Shown here piece after piece: positions 51,884-64,000 of a stretch of DNA of 64,000 nucleotides. The position numbers were made by a program, and so were the translations under genes. Position 1 is the stretch's first letter. Each line of letters opens with the position of its first letter. Source of the stretch: Toensbergia leucococca (Eukaryota); the NCBI GenBank assembly GCA_022813965.1, contig JALDZS010000020.1, positions 124,001 through 188,000 on the forward strand, written 5' to 3'. A model generated the notes under the pieces. It was not told where the DNA came from and searched no databases. It worked only from the letters and a program-made list of their open reading frames with translations.

Positions 51884-52490
51884 TCAAGCCAGAAGTGACA
51901 TCAACTCTCTGCAACTCTCATTTCCTTCGACGTTGGAAATCATCCTATAGATTGCTTCAGCCTGTTCCGAACTATACACTGGATTTGCCAAATCGAGAAA
52001 TCTCTTGTGTCTATCCTGAATACTTGCCCCGTTGCTCTTTGATTCAGACCAAAAAGCTCCCAAAAACTCGTACTTCGTGTTGATTGCATCAGCAGCACCA
52101 ATCACGCCGGACTCTGCCAGCTCAACGCAGATTAGGGCATCATGTGCTGCGAATCCAGGATGTAGTCTTTTGCCCTATGATGCATTCTCAATGTATTGCA
52201 CTGACAGTGCCGCTTTGGACGCCGTAATACCGAAAGCAGCTTCGATAGTCAGTGCACTTGAATCCTTGACTTTACAGGCTGCCGCTACAGCTCCAAACAG
52301 GCCAGCTGTGTCTGCGTGGCACGAATTGTGGTCAAGAATCTTCGAGCCGGGTGCACTTCGAAGACGCGACATGACCGAATGCCCAGCTGCAATAGCCGTT
52401 AAGAGCGCCTTGCCGTCTACTCCAGAGCTTTCAGCTTGTGTGAGAGCTGCCGAAATTACTGATGCTTCCGAATGGGTAACCTTTTGAGAA
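51884..52490 (-). pseudogene. MmgE/PrpD family (2-methylcitrate dehydratase / cis-aconitate decarboxylase-like) pseudogene
   Basis: H.EASVISAAL, DGKALLTAIAAG, TAGLFGAVAAACK, AFGITASKAA..QYIENAS*GKRLHPGFAAHDA (TAG 52175-52177). It then jumps straight to a C-terminal-like helix. The 5' part is degraded. Confidence 0.8.
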
Positions 52491-54729
52491 CGGTATCTCT
52501 CAGAGGACCCGGTGGCGGGATGTCGGATTCATGGAAGAAAGCGGCTTTGGAGGTGCCGCCTCGATGTAGCTGCATGGAATGCCATACTGTTCAGCGTCCG
52601 AATTAGAAATGAAGGGCGCTCAAAGAGAAAAGCAAATGACCTCGACTTGACCTTTGAGTATTGTTTAATGGTTGCATTCACTTCTGTCCTAACGATCATA
52701 TACAAATTCATATTCGTCAGCGATAATCAGCAGCGCAGCCGAAAAGTACGTTGAGCATTTAATATTTCTATCAGTGATAGGCGGCATCATGTCTAAAGGT
52801 TACCGACCCTCGGGAACTCACACAGCTCTCCTTTCTTATCCTTTCCGGCACGGTAACCGCGGTATCATATGAATTTGCGGTACTTCTGATGAGAGTTCTG
52901 ATTTTATGCTAGAGAGGAGTGTCATGAGTCTGTTCACATTCAAGAAAACATCACGTTCCTACGTCCCGTTCCGTGTCAATATTTCATTACATAACCATTG
53001 AAGGCTAACTTGATGTTGAGGCGAAAGTCAATGAAAAGAAGGAAAAAGATGAAAAAGCACTTTTCAACTATGCCCTGAATTAGTGCATTCATTCCTTTTT
53101 ACATTTTATCTATGATTCTTGGCCTCCTTGTCTCGTTGCAATCATTGAAATCATAACGTCTACAAAAATGAAGCTTTCAAGACTTCATTTTCAACAGACA
53201 TTTATCGAATCACGTCAAAGATCAAACTTGAGATTAATGAACTTCTTTAACTGCTATATCTGGCTTTTCGCATCTCCTACCTCAGACATTCCTCCTACAT
53301 TCATCATACTTTCCCTCTCTTACCTTAATACTGTAGCAAAACGTTGGTACGATGTGTGATTAGAAAGCATGATGAGCCACTGAAACTCAAAGCTCCTCAT
53401 TCAGCTAAATACCTACACGCTCTGTGGTCTGATGACCCGCGTAAGATCGCTGTACCTCTTCGTTGCGGATGCAAACGGGAAGCACAGCTTGGCTTTCTAC
53501 AGCCATGGTACACTCGCATATTGGAGTTGGCCTCGTTGCCTACTTTCGACTCCTATCTATGATGGCACAGCGTACATCCACACTTCAGCAGTGCCAAGGC
53601 TCTGATTGCCCCGGCTGTGTAAGCAACTTTATTTGCCTTGCTTTGCGGCCCAGAAGTCTCGTCTTTCTCATTTCGTGAACATGTACTCCGTCATTCCGCC
53701 ACGGGGCGCACCCCAAACGCTCTTACTTAGATTTCGTAATCGTGCGGATTAGACTGCCCTCAATGTCGCGTTTGATCTTCTTCATCTAACCATCATCTTC
53801 TTCCTGAGCCTTATCCAGCTCACCCACGTCTCCGTCAAGAACTGGAGAGAAGAATCTTGCTTTTTGTTTTTTGAAAAACAGCTTTGGTAGCTTTTGAATT
53901 GGGTTTCGTTGAACGTTTCAATCATTTCGTTGACCAACATTACAAATTTTCGCTTTGAAAGGCGTGTTGAGATGATGATATTTGACCTAAGCCCACCTTT
54001 TTTCAGTAATACGCTTCTGAAAAATCTACAGGGTTGCCATTTATCTGGACTTGGCATACATGCTTGGAATTTCTTTTGTATCTTACCTTTGTGACTGATG
54101 AAACTCTTGGAGACGAGTTCTGTGACGAAGCTTGGGTATCAGGCACGATTGACTAATAGTCTTTCCTTTAGACCATGTTGTTTTGTATAGCTAATCGTTT
54201 TCACTCACTCAATCCATCTGGGCAAAAATCCCCCACTCCTCAAAACGTGATGGGTTTGGATCCTCTCATCACCCTTCCACTGCGCACAAAAACGCCAAAA
54301 GCATGCCCAATGTACATGAACCACCTTCAGGAACCCCTTTTCCTTGCCCTTCCCTTTCCCACGAGCCTTCACAGCTTCGGTTGACTCTTCGAGGAAATGG
54401 AAGAAGCTGAATCATCTGCCTCGTGAGACCCGCGTCAAGTGAGCAATTCAGATTCAGAATAAGGGATTCCTTCGCAGGGCACAATACGGTTCAACAATTT
54501 AAGCGGCTGCTACAGACAATGCGCAATAGAAAGGCACAAGCAATTTTTGCAAAACAGAGGAGCACGACACCACATACCATCAATTACATCCACAAGAACA
54601 TGACAAAATCTCGAAAAGAAAGAAAGAAGACTTGAAAAAAAGGGGGTGATTCCTGCACATTCTCCTCCCCCCATCCACCCACCCCATCTTCACCCCCAAC
54701 CCCACCCCTCGAATCCCCACCCCCCAAAC

Positions 54730-57657
54730 TCACCCCCCACCCAACCCCGCCGCAAGTGCCAAATACCACGTCAAACTCGCGCCCCCATCCAAAAACTCCG
54801 GCGCAAACTCCGGCCCCGTCAACCACTCCCACGCAGCCACCGGATCGATAAGCGCGAGGTTGGAATACAGAATACCGCGCCAACCACCAGCGACGGTATC
54901 GACGCGGCCGTCGGAAAAGTAGGTGTTCCATTCCTGGGTGACGAAGGGAGCGGTACGCGTGTAGGCGCTGTGGGGGAGGATGGGGAGCATGTAGATTCTA
55001 TTTTGGGTAGGGTTCGTCAGTAAGTAAGGGGGCACGGCGGGATCGGATGGGAGAGGACGGTGGGGGAAAGAGGGAAGGGGGAGCTTACCCCTGAATAAAC
55101 TCAATATTGGTGCCAAAATAAGTCGTATGATCGACCTTATTCTCAAACAGAATCCCCGTCACCCGATTCCCCACAAACTGTGCCGGCTGATTCGCATTCC
55201 CGTCCTCGAGCAAAAAATAACACCCCAACGACCGTCTGAGCACCGCGAGCATCAAGTCCCCCCGCGCCTCCATAGCAGCATCCCCCGTTACGGAGCCCCA
55301 CATTTTCAGCGCGTAGGCAAAATTGGTGTCCTCGGATGTTGATTCTTGGTCTTTGCCGTCGGGGCTGTTGAAGAGGCCTTTGGCCCACGAGTGGCCGTGG
55401 TACCAGTCGAAGGAGCGCGAGAAGGGAAAGTAGGCATCTGTGGTTGTGGGGGTGGCGGCGTCGCGGACGAGGGTGTTGACCCAGTCTTTGTGGGACAAGA
55501 GCCAGGTTGGGTCTAGGTGGCCGATTATGGCTGCGGTCTAATGGGCGGGGAAGGGGGGGTTTTGGGTCAGTTGCGTGGGTTTGAAGAGGGGGCTGCTTTT
55601 TGAAGAATTGGGAGTGGGGGGTGGGGGCAACTGTACGTGGATGAAATAACTCCAGTGGAAGTGGTGGTCGTTGTAGTACGTGTTCCCAAAATCATCCCCC
55701 GAGTCGGCTGTGATGTAGGAAGCCGTGGAGACGATGCCGCCCCAAGCGCTTTCGTAGACGAGCGGGTACTGCTGCGTGTTGTTTGCGAAACGTTCGTAGG
55801 CTTGTTCGAGCTGGGCGAGGCCGGCTTCGGCGCGGCTGACGTTGTGGGCGAGATCGTGAACGGCGCAGATGGCGCTGGCGAATTTGCTGAGCGCTTTGCC
55901 GCTGTAGTACATGCTGTTTTGGTTTGATTGGGCGCTCATGTCTTGGGAGAGATCGCTGGCGCCGGCGGCATTGAGGAGGGAGATTGCGTTGGCCGAGAGG
56001 GCAGTGGTGGATGAGTTGGTAGTGGCGTTCCAGGGGGCGAATCCGATTCCGGTTGGCAGGTCGGGCTCGATCATCGTCCAGCTGTCTGCGATGACCGCTG
56101 TGGCGGCTCCTTTGGTGGTGGTTTGGAGCTGGATGGTTGTTATTTTCCCGGTGGTGATTGTATCGAATGAGAGGATATGATGGGGAAGCGCGAAGAGCAT
56201 CAAGGGAGCGCCGTTACCGGCTTCTTGCCAGGTGAAAGTATAAGTCCCGGAAGCGCCATCGACAGAGGCAGATATCGAAGTACTAGTCGGGTATGCTCCG
56301 GCACAAGTATCGTAGTCTTTCTCTTGGCTGGCAACATCTCCTGGGTTCTTTGAAATCTGGATTGTTCCCCAAAATGGACCTGGAGCCCGAAGTTGAGTAT
56401 TACTCACCATGGTGAGAGAAAGCCCTGTCACATTCGTAGCTGTAGCATACAAGAGCCACTTTTCCTTCCATTAGAAAAACAGTACTCAAAACGGGACGCC
56501 AGTTGCTCACGGTCTTGCCATCTGCCAAAAGCAATTTGTATTTGCTAATCCCGTAGCCTGGGGACGCAAGCGGAGTGATAGTCTGGAAGGAAATACCACT
56601 CTCGATGAAGGGTGTAAGTCCGTTGTACATGGCTGTGACAAATCCCATGCCCTGTACAAGAGGGAACGTAATCCCTGGGGATGAACCACCACTGGGAATG
56701 AGATTGACATTCGTAGAAAATGCGGTCAGGGTATCTGTTGTCATCACCGTCGTGCTTTGACGTATCAGCACGTCTTCTCTAATTTCGAAATATCATAATT
56801 TACTAACGAGTCAAGTTCTGCTGCAGAGAAGATGACAGATTGGACTCCTATCGGATTAATGTAGTACTCGACGGGATTTGCACTTGAGTTGGGCCCATAT
56901 ACGCGCTGGTCCGTATCAATGTGAGCAACGCTCAACCCCCAAGATTTTGCATTCCCACCCCCTTTACTCCATTGGATAGAATAAGGATGCGTCCACACAC
57001 TATTAGTCTGATTACCTAGGAAGAAACTGGCATAGAATTTGTTCGTTTCAATGGGACCGTTTTTAGTAATGCCTAGTCTAGATACCTGAAATGGTCAGCA
57101 CTGGACTATCATCGATAGATGACGTTCTTACAGGATGATCGGGCCTCGAGCCAATGACCGAGGCTGGTGCTCCGGTGCTTATTGGTATATTAAAGATATC
57201 AGACGCTGTAGTTGAGTTTGTAGGAGTTGTGACTGGAGCAATGGATTCATTGGCCGAAAGACTGAGAGTGGAGCTTATAGGAGAAATGATCGAGGTCGAA
57301 AATGGTAGTATGCTTGTTTCACAAGCTGTTTCAAGCGTAATTTGGACTACCTATGGGGATTTTAGTCGTTAGCAAACAGTCTGCGAATACGTTCAAGGTC
57401 CTACTAGAACGTGCGAGTTCAAAACCTTCCAATACCATACTACCCATTTTACTATACATTGAAGACTTAATAGATGCAAAAGGCCATGTTATCGTTCATC
57501 TTACTGCGGTTGTTCCTGCTACTGTAGTAGACGCCAAAACCTGCGTCCCCTTCCCCAGGACATCATTAACCAGGGGTACCTGATCATTACTAAAAGCTGG
57601 AGTTGCATATGCGAAAGACAAGGCCTGAAGACCTATAAGCAAAGGAATGGATCTCAT
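54730..57657 (-). CDS. Glycoside hydrolase family 81 endo-1,3(4)-beta-glucanase (Eng1/Dse4/Acf2-like), multi-exon, secreted
   Basis: Signal peptide MRSIPLLIGLQALS; ETNKFY, WTHPYS, FPLVQGMGFVT, YYSGKAL, DFGNTYYNDHHFHW, SRSFDWYHGHSWAKGLF, GKDQESTSED, GILFENKVDHTTYFG, IQG. Confidence 0.95.
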
Positions 57658-59306
57658 GTTGCATAGAGAGCCAGTATGAGTTATAGAACACCAAAGAAGT
57701 AACAACTATATAGAAGTAATGAGAGACTGGATTGGAAGCTGGTGACACCAGCGCCTGTGAGACATGCATAGAACAATCCATAGTATATATCATCCGCTTG
57801 AGCCTTGGTGGCAGAGTTCATGCTATGGGAGAAAGAAGCAAGGGATCCTGACCTGTTGGTAGGGAAGTAACTGAACGTAAACGGAGATAAGAGAGGATCG
57901 TGATGCCAAGTCCGGCTTCTATAGAGCGAAGGTCATGATCCAGAAAGAGACACTGACTGCAAAGATTGCAGAAGCTTCAGCGAAATACCATCTGAGGATG
58001 CACATTCGTAAAGAAGTGATAGTATGAAATGAGAAGACCAATAGAAAGACTAGAATGGGTTCAGAGGATGCTGCGCTACCTACGCCGAGACTCTTAAGCA
58101 ACGGGCAGGTGGTCAGTGTTTGCAAGGCATGAATGAGAGCTAGAAGTTGGCGTTGATGCTAGCACACCGCTATCTCATCTTTGAGGAAGCTTGCAAGAGG
58201 CGAAAGTGCTCATGAATGACAGTGTACTCCCTTCACCCATGACTTGGCACAAGAATGGGCCCTCTGATCAAGAATTCGAGGGATTAGGATGCCATTACTC
58301 TTGTACGTAATGATGAAATATACTTCGATTAGTAGCATACTCCAGCCCGATCAGCTGAGCTTTTTAGATCATGCACAACTGCCGACGCAGGTCAACGCTT
58401 GGTGGAATTACCTCGTGATGCATGTTCCATTGCAGAATTGAAAGGATATGCAAGGTTAAGGACAATTCGGAAATAGTGCTTCGAAACAGTCTTAGGCCAT
58501 CCGGACGACTGCAAAAGGTCAAATGCTACGAAAAGGCTCTTTTACTGCATGATCCTGTGGCCAATCTAAGCAATCCGAGCAGAGAGTCAAGAACTTAGCC
58601 ATGATTATCACAGCGCCATGGGCTGACCGTACAATGAAAACCCTTCCAATTAAATTAATACCTATCGTCTTGCTTTGCATTCAACTGTCTAAAGCTTCCT
58701 TCTTCAATGCTCCTGCGCTAGAGAAGAAAAAAGGCTACCGTCGTGACTCATCTTTCGAGGTAGATCATGTCCACGGGGGTCTAGTGTCACTGTGATGACC
58801 GAGAAAAGTGTCAAAGGCATTAAAGTATTGCAGGTGAAGTGAGGAGAAGTGTTGGAAGCGACAGAGTTAAAAGACGCTACGTCTTCTGCCCCGTGTTGTA
58901 TGCCCAGTAGACAATGTGTCTTATTCTTTGGTGGGGAGAATGTGGATCGAAAAGTACAAAAGTAGCAACATAAAGCTAAAAGGGATAGCGAGAGTCGTGG
59001 AGCTACCCGAAATAGCTATGATGCGAGCTCGGAGAAGTATGGCCGGAGGGCAGTGACACAAAAAGTGGCTTCCGATTCCCAAGACTTTATTTATGATGAC
59101 GAGTTTTGAGACTTGGCCGTGGGATCAAGGTAGCGAAATACATGGTGTGGACGTAGGGACAAAGAGCAGGTTCGAAAATCCTTTCATGGCGGAGGGATGT
59201 TATTCAACCTGAGCCATGTTAGTTTCAATCACAATAATCGAGCGGGATGCGGGGGGTAGGTGTTAAAGAAAATACTTAGCACGCACCAACAACCAGTACA
59301 GATGGA

Positions 59307-60891
59307 TCACCTACTGCAACAAAGAGCCTTCATGATCTTCTGAACCGTCGAAGGTTGCGGCTCTGCGTTTGGTTGCCTTGGAGTCTGTTGCGCCGCTGGC
59401 GGCTGGCTCGTGCCCGGATTGACCTGGCTCATTCGTTGCGGTAGGTTCGCGGTGGAGTTCTGCCATTGCGCTTGCGTTGACGCAGTCGGCGTCACGATTT
59501 CTGTAAGCCCCCCCGCCGCTCCGCTTTGACGCTTTGGTGGTGCTGCGCCAGAGACGCCTACGCGAGTTTTGCCCACTCCTGGTTTGGCGGGAGATGGGGG
59601 CGGGGGCTGCGCGGCGTTTAAACGGGCGTTGGAAACACCTGGTGTTTGAGGCCCTCTAGGCGTATCTGTTCCGCCAGCGAGTGCTCTTGCTGATGCATTT
59701 GGTACCGCATTTGCCGCAAGAAGGTGATGCTGAGAAGGGTGTTGCTTTATAGCCTCCCAACCTTTACCATTGTTCAGTTTCATCCAGTCGTATTCACCAT
59801 CTTCCACCTCTCCCGTGTTCTTAAGTGCTTGCGTGAACAGATCTCTCAGATAGTCATAGTCCGGCGTATCCTCAAAACCCAAGTTGCGGACGTAGCTTAG
59901 ATACTTGTTGAACTCCTCTATGCTCAAAGTCAGTATGGTTTCAAATGGGATTGCCTGTGGATCTTACCAGGAAATGCATCGCACAAATCTTTAATTGCCG
60001 TGGTCTGCTTCTTCTCCCCAATCTTCTCATACTTTTGCTTATTTGTCGCAGCCTTGAGACCTTGCCATGGTAGACCACCACGCAAAAAGTACATAAAGAC
60101 GTGGCCGAGGGCTTCTAGATCGTCCCTTCGCGACTGTTCTCGACCTAGATGTGTATTGATGCTCATGTACCGTGCAGTACCCGACAACGACTTTCTTTCT
60201 CTATAAGGTATATGTTGCTTTGTCTTCGGATCTCTATATTGCTTTGCCATACCGAAATCCACGACATGTATAACATTGGCCGATTTTGAGTTAGGTCTGC
60301 CGATCAAGAAATTATCTGGTTTGATATCTCGGTATATCAGGTTTTTCTCATGTATCGTTTGAACGCGCGAGAGCTGCAGCCGATATTAGTCTATAAGTCC
60401 AATCTTTTAATCTGGGTTGTTGTGATCGGTCAAGTACTCACCATCTGTTTTGCAACCATTACCACCGTCTTGGTGGAAAATCTCCGATTACAGTGGTCAA
60501 AAAGATCTTCAAGAGAAGGCCCCAAGAGGTCGATGACAAGGATGTTGTGAAGACCCTCCTGGCCGAAATAGTAGACATTAGGGATCCCCGCTGTTGCCCA
60601 TTAGCATTGATCTGAAAGTCGGGATATGGTATAGACGAACGGCATCCAACAAGTATCTTATATGTTCGGTACTCGTCTCTCAGCTGTGGCGCATCACTCT
60701 TCCTTGGTTCCTGCGTTTATTGAGTCAATTGTGTGATTTAAGAGCCTTGAAGTGACACATACGAATTTAATTGCAACTTGTTGGTTATTAAGCAAGTTCG
60801 TTCCCTCGAATATTACACCGAAAGACCCCTCTCCAATCTTCTTTCCGACCCTATAGTGCACCCCAACCACGTTCGACGACGACGATGCCAT
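59307..60891 (-). CDS. Casein kinase I, Yck1/Yck2 (CK1 gamma-like) type
   Basis: [56 protein letters not shown]-terminal di-Cys (ALCC). Several introns. Confidence 0.96.
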
Positions 60892-62233
60892 CAAGGTCCA
60901 AATGTCGTAAGTTGAGATACGGCGAGAGATTAAAGCTTAGGGTAACAGGCCCCAGACGACGGGATGTGGAGAAGGAAATGTCACTCTATGCGTTGTGTAC
61001 TGCGACTCGGAATTGAAGTGTGACAAGACGTTAGACGGGACTGGACACTGCATCAATAGAGCTGGGTTAGGTGATGATGGAAATAGGATCCTCAACGTGG
61101 ATGATCACCATGCGGTAGAAATGGTTCGCCGTGTGACTAGATCTCTATGATCTGGAGACCAAGCTTGAAGATTCGTTCGGCTCGATGCACATCACGGTCC
61201 CAGCAGCACGAGTGTCTCGGTTTCCCTTTCTCAACAATGCCAAGTTGCCTCTGTTTCGATGGCAGGAAAGACAATGTCTCTGTTCCTGATTGAAGGGACG
61301 TTGTAACTCAAAAGGTTCTGAGAGCGCAATATCTTACTGTGTCGAGGTAGGCGGGAGATCACCGTTGTGAATAGCCGTACAGAGAATGGCTCGCTTCACT
61401 TTTTCGCGTTGTACGTAAGCTCAATGGAATGGCAGTGCAAGCTTGAAGCGAAGCGGATCGAGTATTTAGGCGGAGTGGTCTCGAGGTTACGCAGAGGCGG
61501 TATCGAGGAGGGAGCGGGGACGGTGGTGGTAGTGGTAATGTTCTGTGGGTGGTGCCAGGCTGGAAGGTGAGTACGAGTAAAGTTTGACGGTTTGTGACAG
61601 GGGGCGGATGACCGAAAGAGGAATGGTGTCTCACGGCCTTGGCGAAGTTGACTCGGTCCCCTCGGTCCTCGTGTCTCCTTTACAATTTCGAGTTACTGAC
61701 AATACTTCAAGTTGCTAGTACGAAGAATTTACCGTTCTAGAAAAATCATGAATTTCGATTCCTTGATTGTATGACAACGCGAGACTAGAGTGCTTTGATA
61801 TTCTACGAGTACATTCATCTCAGTACGAACAAGTAGGCTCGAGGTAGTAAGCCACCCAGCTGCATTAATGGCATCAATGCCACTACTCTATTGACACGGC
61901 CCGCTTCTCTCTCCGAAAATCCCTCGTACCTCATTGCCACAATCTTCGTGTTGTGTGACGCAAACCTGATGATGCATGACTTGTCAATTGATCTTCACTG
62001 GGTACCTGACTGGAGTAGCGTGGTTACCTAGCTCTTATCTACGTGCATCGGCCAATGTATATTGCCGATAAAGGAGGAGTACAATGCTGCAGTGATTACA
62101 GAGCTCATGCATACGAGCCGCTTTATCCACCTCATTGGAGCATGATGCGGGGTTAGCCTGGCGCCTCTCTGTACACACTTACCTATTGTAGTACCGTCGA
62201 CTCCTCTCAGTCTCGAATTGTCTACTTCCAATC

Positions 62234-63604
62234 ATGCCCTACGCTCTGAAGGGTAGAAATGTGCTCGTGACAGCCGCCTCAAGGTACGCCCCAGACTTCC
62301 ACATGTATCTAACTAAGTCGATATCATTAACGCTCTTCCAGAGGCTTAGGAGCTCTTGTGGCAGAGAAGTTCGCCGCAGAAGGCTGCAATGTAGCGATCA
62401 ATTACGTTTCCAACCTTAGCCGGGCCAAGCAGACAGCTGAAAAGTTGGAGACTACTTACAAAGCTAAGACTGTTGTCGTTCAGGGGGCATGTAGCCGCGA
62501 GCAATGAATCTCGTAAATTGAGCTAAGACTAGCGTTCAGGATATGGGGGTGAAGGCAGATATTGAGAGGACAGTCAAGGAGAGTATTCAGGGCTTGGGCG
62601 GCTTGGATATTATCGTTTCGAATGCTGTGAGTACCTCTTCGACAATCCTGTGCCACTAATCTATGTTCAACTCCTTTCGGATCGGCTTTACCAGCCTAGC
62701 TTACCAAACACAAGGGATGGACCAAGTTCGGTGCTTTTGGCGATCTTCACTCCCTATCAGATGCTGGTAATTCCCTATTATCAAAGTAAGTCATTCTCTG
62801 CTCACGTTTGATAGATTGGGATATGGTAGGCCTACCTACTTGTCCCTTGGCTTCATCCCATCCCTAACCTGAGACCTCAGTGCTGGGCTGTCAATTGCAA
62901 AGGCAACATGCAGCTTTTTCGGGAAGCATCGCCAACGCTCAATGCCAATCCAGATGGTGGTGTATTCTTGATGACTTCCTCAGTGGCGGTATGAAGGATC
63001 TTTCCAAAATTGTCAAATTTATCTAATTAACCTCTGACAGGGCATCGCTCCCTCTGGTAAAAGTATGTATCCTCTTGCTGAGCATTTTGCTGATTCTATC
63101 TAGGCAGTAGTATGGCGTACTCGGTTACAAAAGCGGCAGGCGAGTGGGAAAGACTTCAAAATACTTTTTACGTCAATTGACAACATGATTTAGGATTGCA
63201 CTTGATGCAATGCCTTGCTACAACGCAAGGTCCTAAGATTCGAGTCAATGCTGTGCTTCCAGGTCTTCTGGCAACAGAATGGGTAAATCAAGAAATACCA
63301 TCCATTGAGGGACTACGAGCGACCACTAATAGTGTTAAAGAGTGACCGCTTTACTCCAGAGCAGGTGAAGGCAGCGGAAAGCCGAGCAGTGTTGAACAAG
63401 ATAGTAGGTCTCAACTATCGACTAACGAGATTCTGTCACTGACGATCACATAGACTGACCTTGATGACTGTGCGGATGCGTTTGTAGCAGCTGCGAAGAA
63501 CAGCTCAATGACGGGTCAGAAAATCCAAGTTGGTAAGAGCATGTTTTTCAATCTTTGCGTGTAAAGCTAATATTTTTGCAGACTCGGGTCTCATGATTAG
63601 ATAG
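62234..63604 (+). CDS. Short-chain dehydrogenase/reductase, 12 exons
   Basis: The spliced product has LVTAASRGLG, GGLDIIVSNAG, TSSVAG, YSVTKAA, IRVNAVLPG, MTGQKIQVDSG. Eleven introns traced in frame. Confidence 0.9.
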
Positions 63605-64000
63605 CTAGAAGTTTGTGATCTCAAAGAAGTGCCCTGGTGCTCCTCGAATTTGTGTACGCGGAAGATGCATATAAATCTGCTTTGCTCGGTACTCTACCTG
63701 TACTGAAAATGTCTGCATTTGTAGTTTTCAACAACACAGACTAGAGAACTTTCTAGATGAAACGTCTACTAGATGACGTACTCGAACCGAACAAATCCCT
63801 TATCTCATCAGTCCAGCAAATTGATCCAGGTGATAATCTAACAGGTGGATTTCCCTCGAATTAAAATGCTACCGAGGACCGACTTTCTGGACTTGCACTT
63901 CTACTCTGACCATATCGTAGAAGATCGAAGTCAAACAAATGAAACCTCATTCCTAACCATGAAGTATATCTTTTGCCACAGGCAGTGCTCGTAAAATGGC

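Noticed and set aside
52900..54620. AT-richer gene-free stretch as a RIP-degraded transposon
   Set aside because: No recognisable transposase/RT motifs or terminal repeats seen.

Overview
Eukaryotic fungal genomic DNA (filamentous ascomycete, Pezizomycotina; a lichen-forming lineage is plausible but unproven), with short GT-AG introns and CTAAC/CTGAC branch sites. About 21 protein-coding genes can be reconstructed. Housekeeping genes are HEM2, a p24-alpha cargo receptor, SWC4, DRE2, NUP133, an STF2-like gene, casein kinase I, a GH81 glucanase and two SDRs. Accessory genes are three tandem BTB genes, an F-box-like gene, a PTH11-like receptor and a repeat-rich GPI-type wall protein. There are also a U2 snRNA copy with non-canonical substitutions and two pseudogenes (BTB; MmgE/PrpD). 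The most striking locus is at 27.7-34.0 kb. A spliced mosaic gene strings a C2H2 zinc-finger core together with pieces resembling a DUF7896-type Zn domain, the Snt1 SANT region, a Myb repeat, an HbxA/Htf1-type homeodomain and NLR-type ankyrin repeats. It lies head-to-head (about 300 bp) with a HeLo-like + kinase-like (DUF7580-type) gene, an arrangement suggestive of a paired 'integrated-decoy sensor / death-executor' system. All family assignments come from motif recognition by eye; no searches were run.
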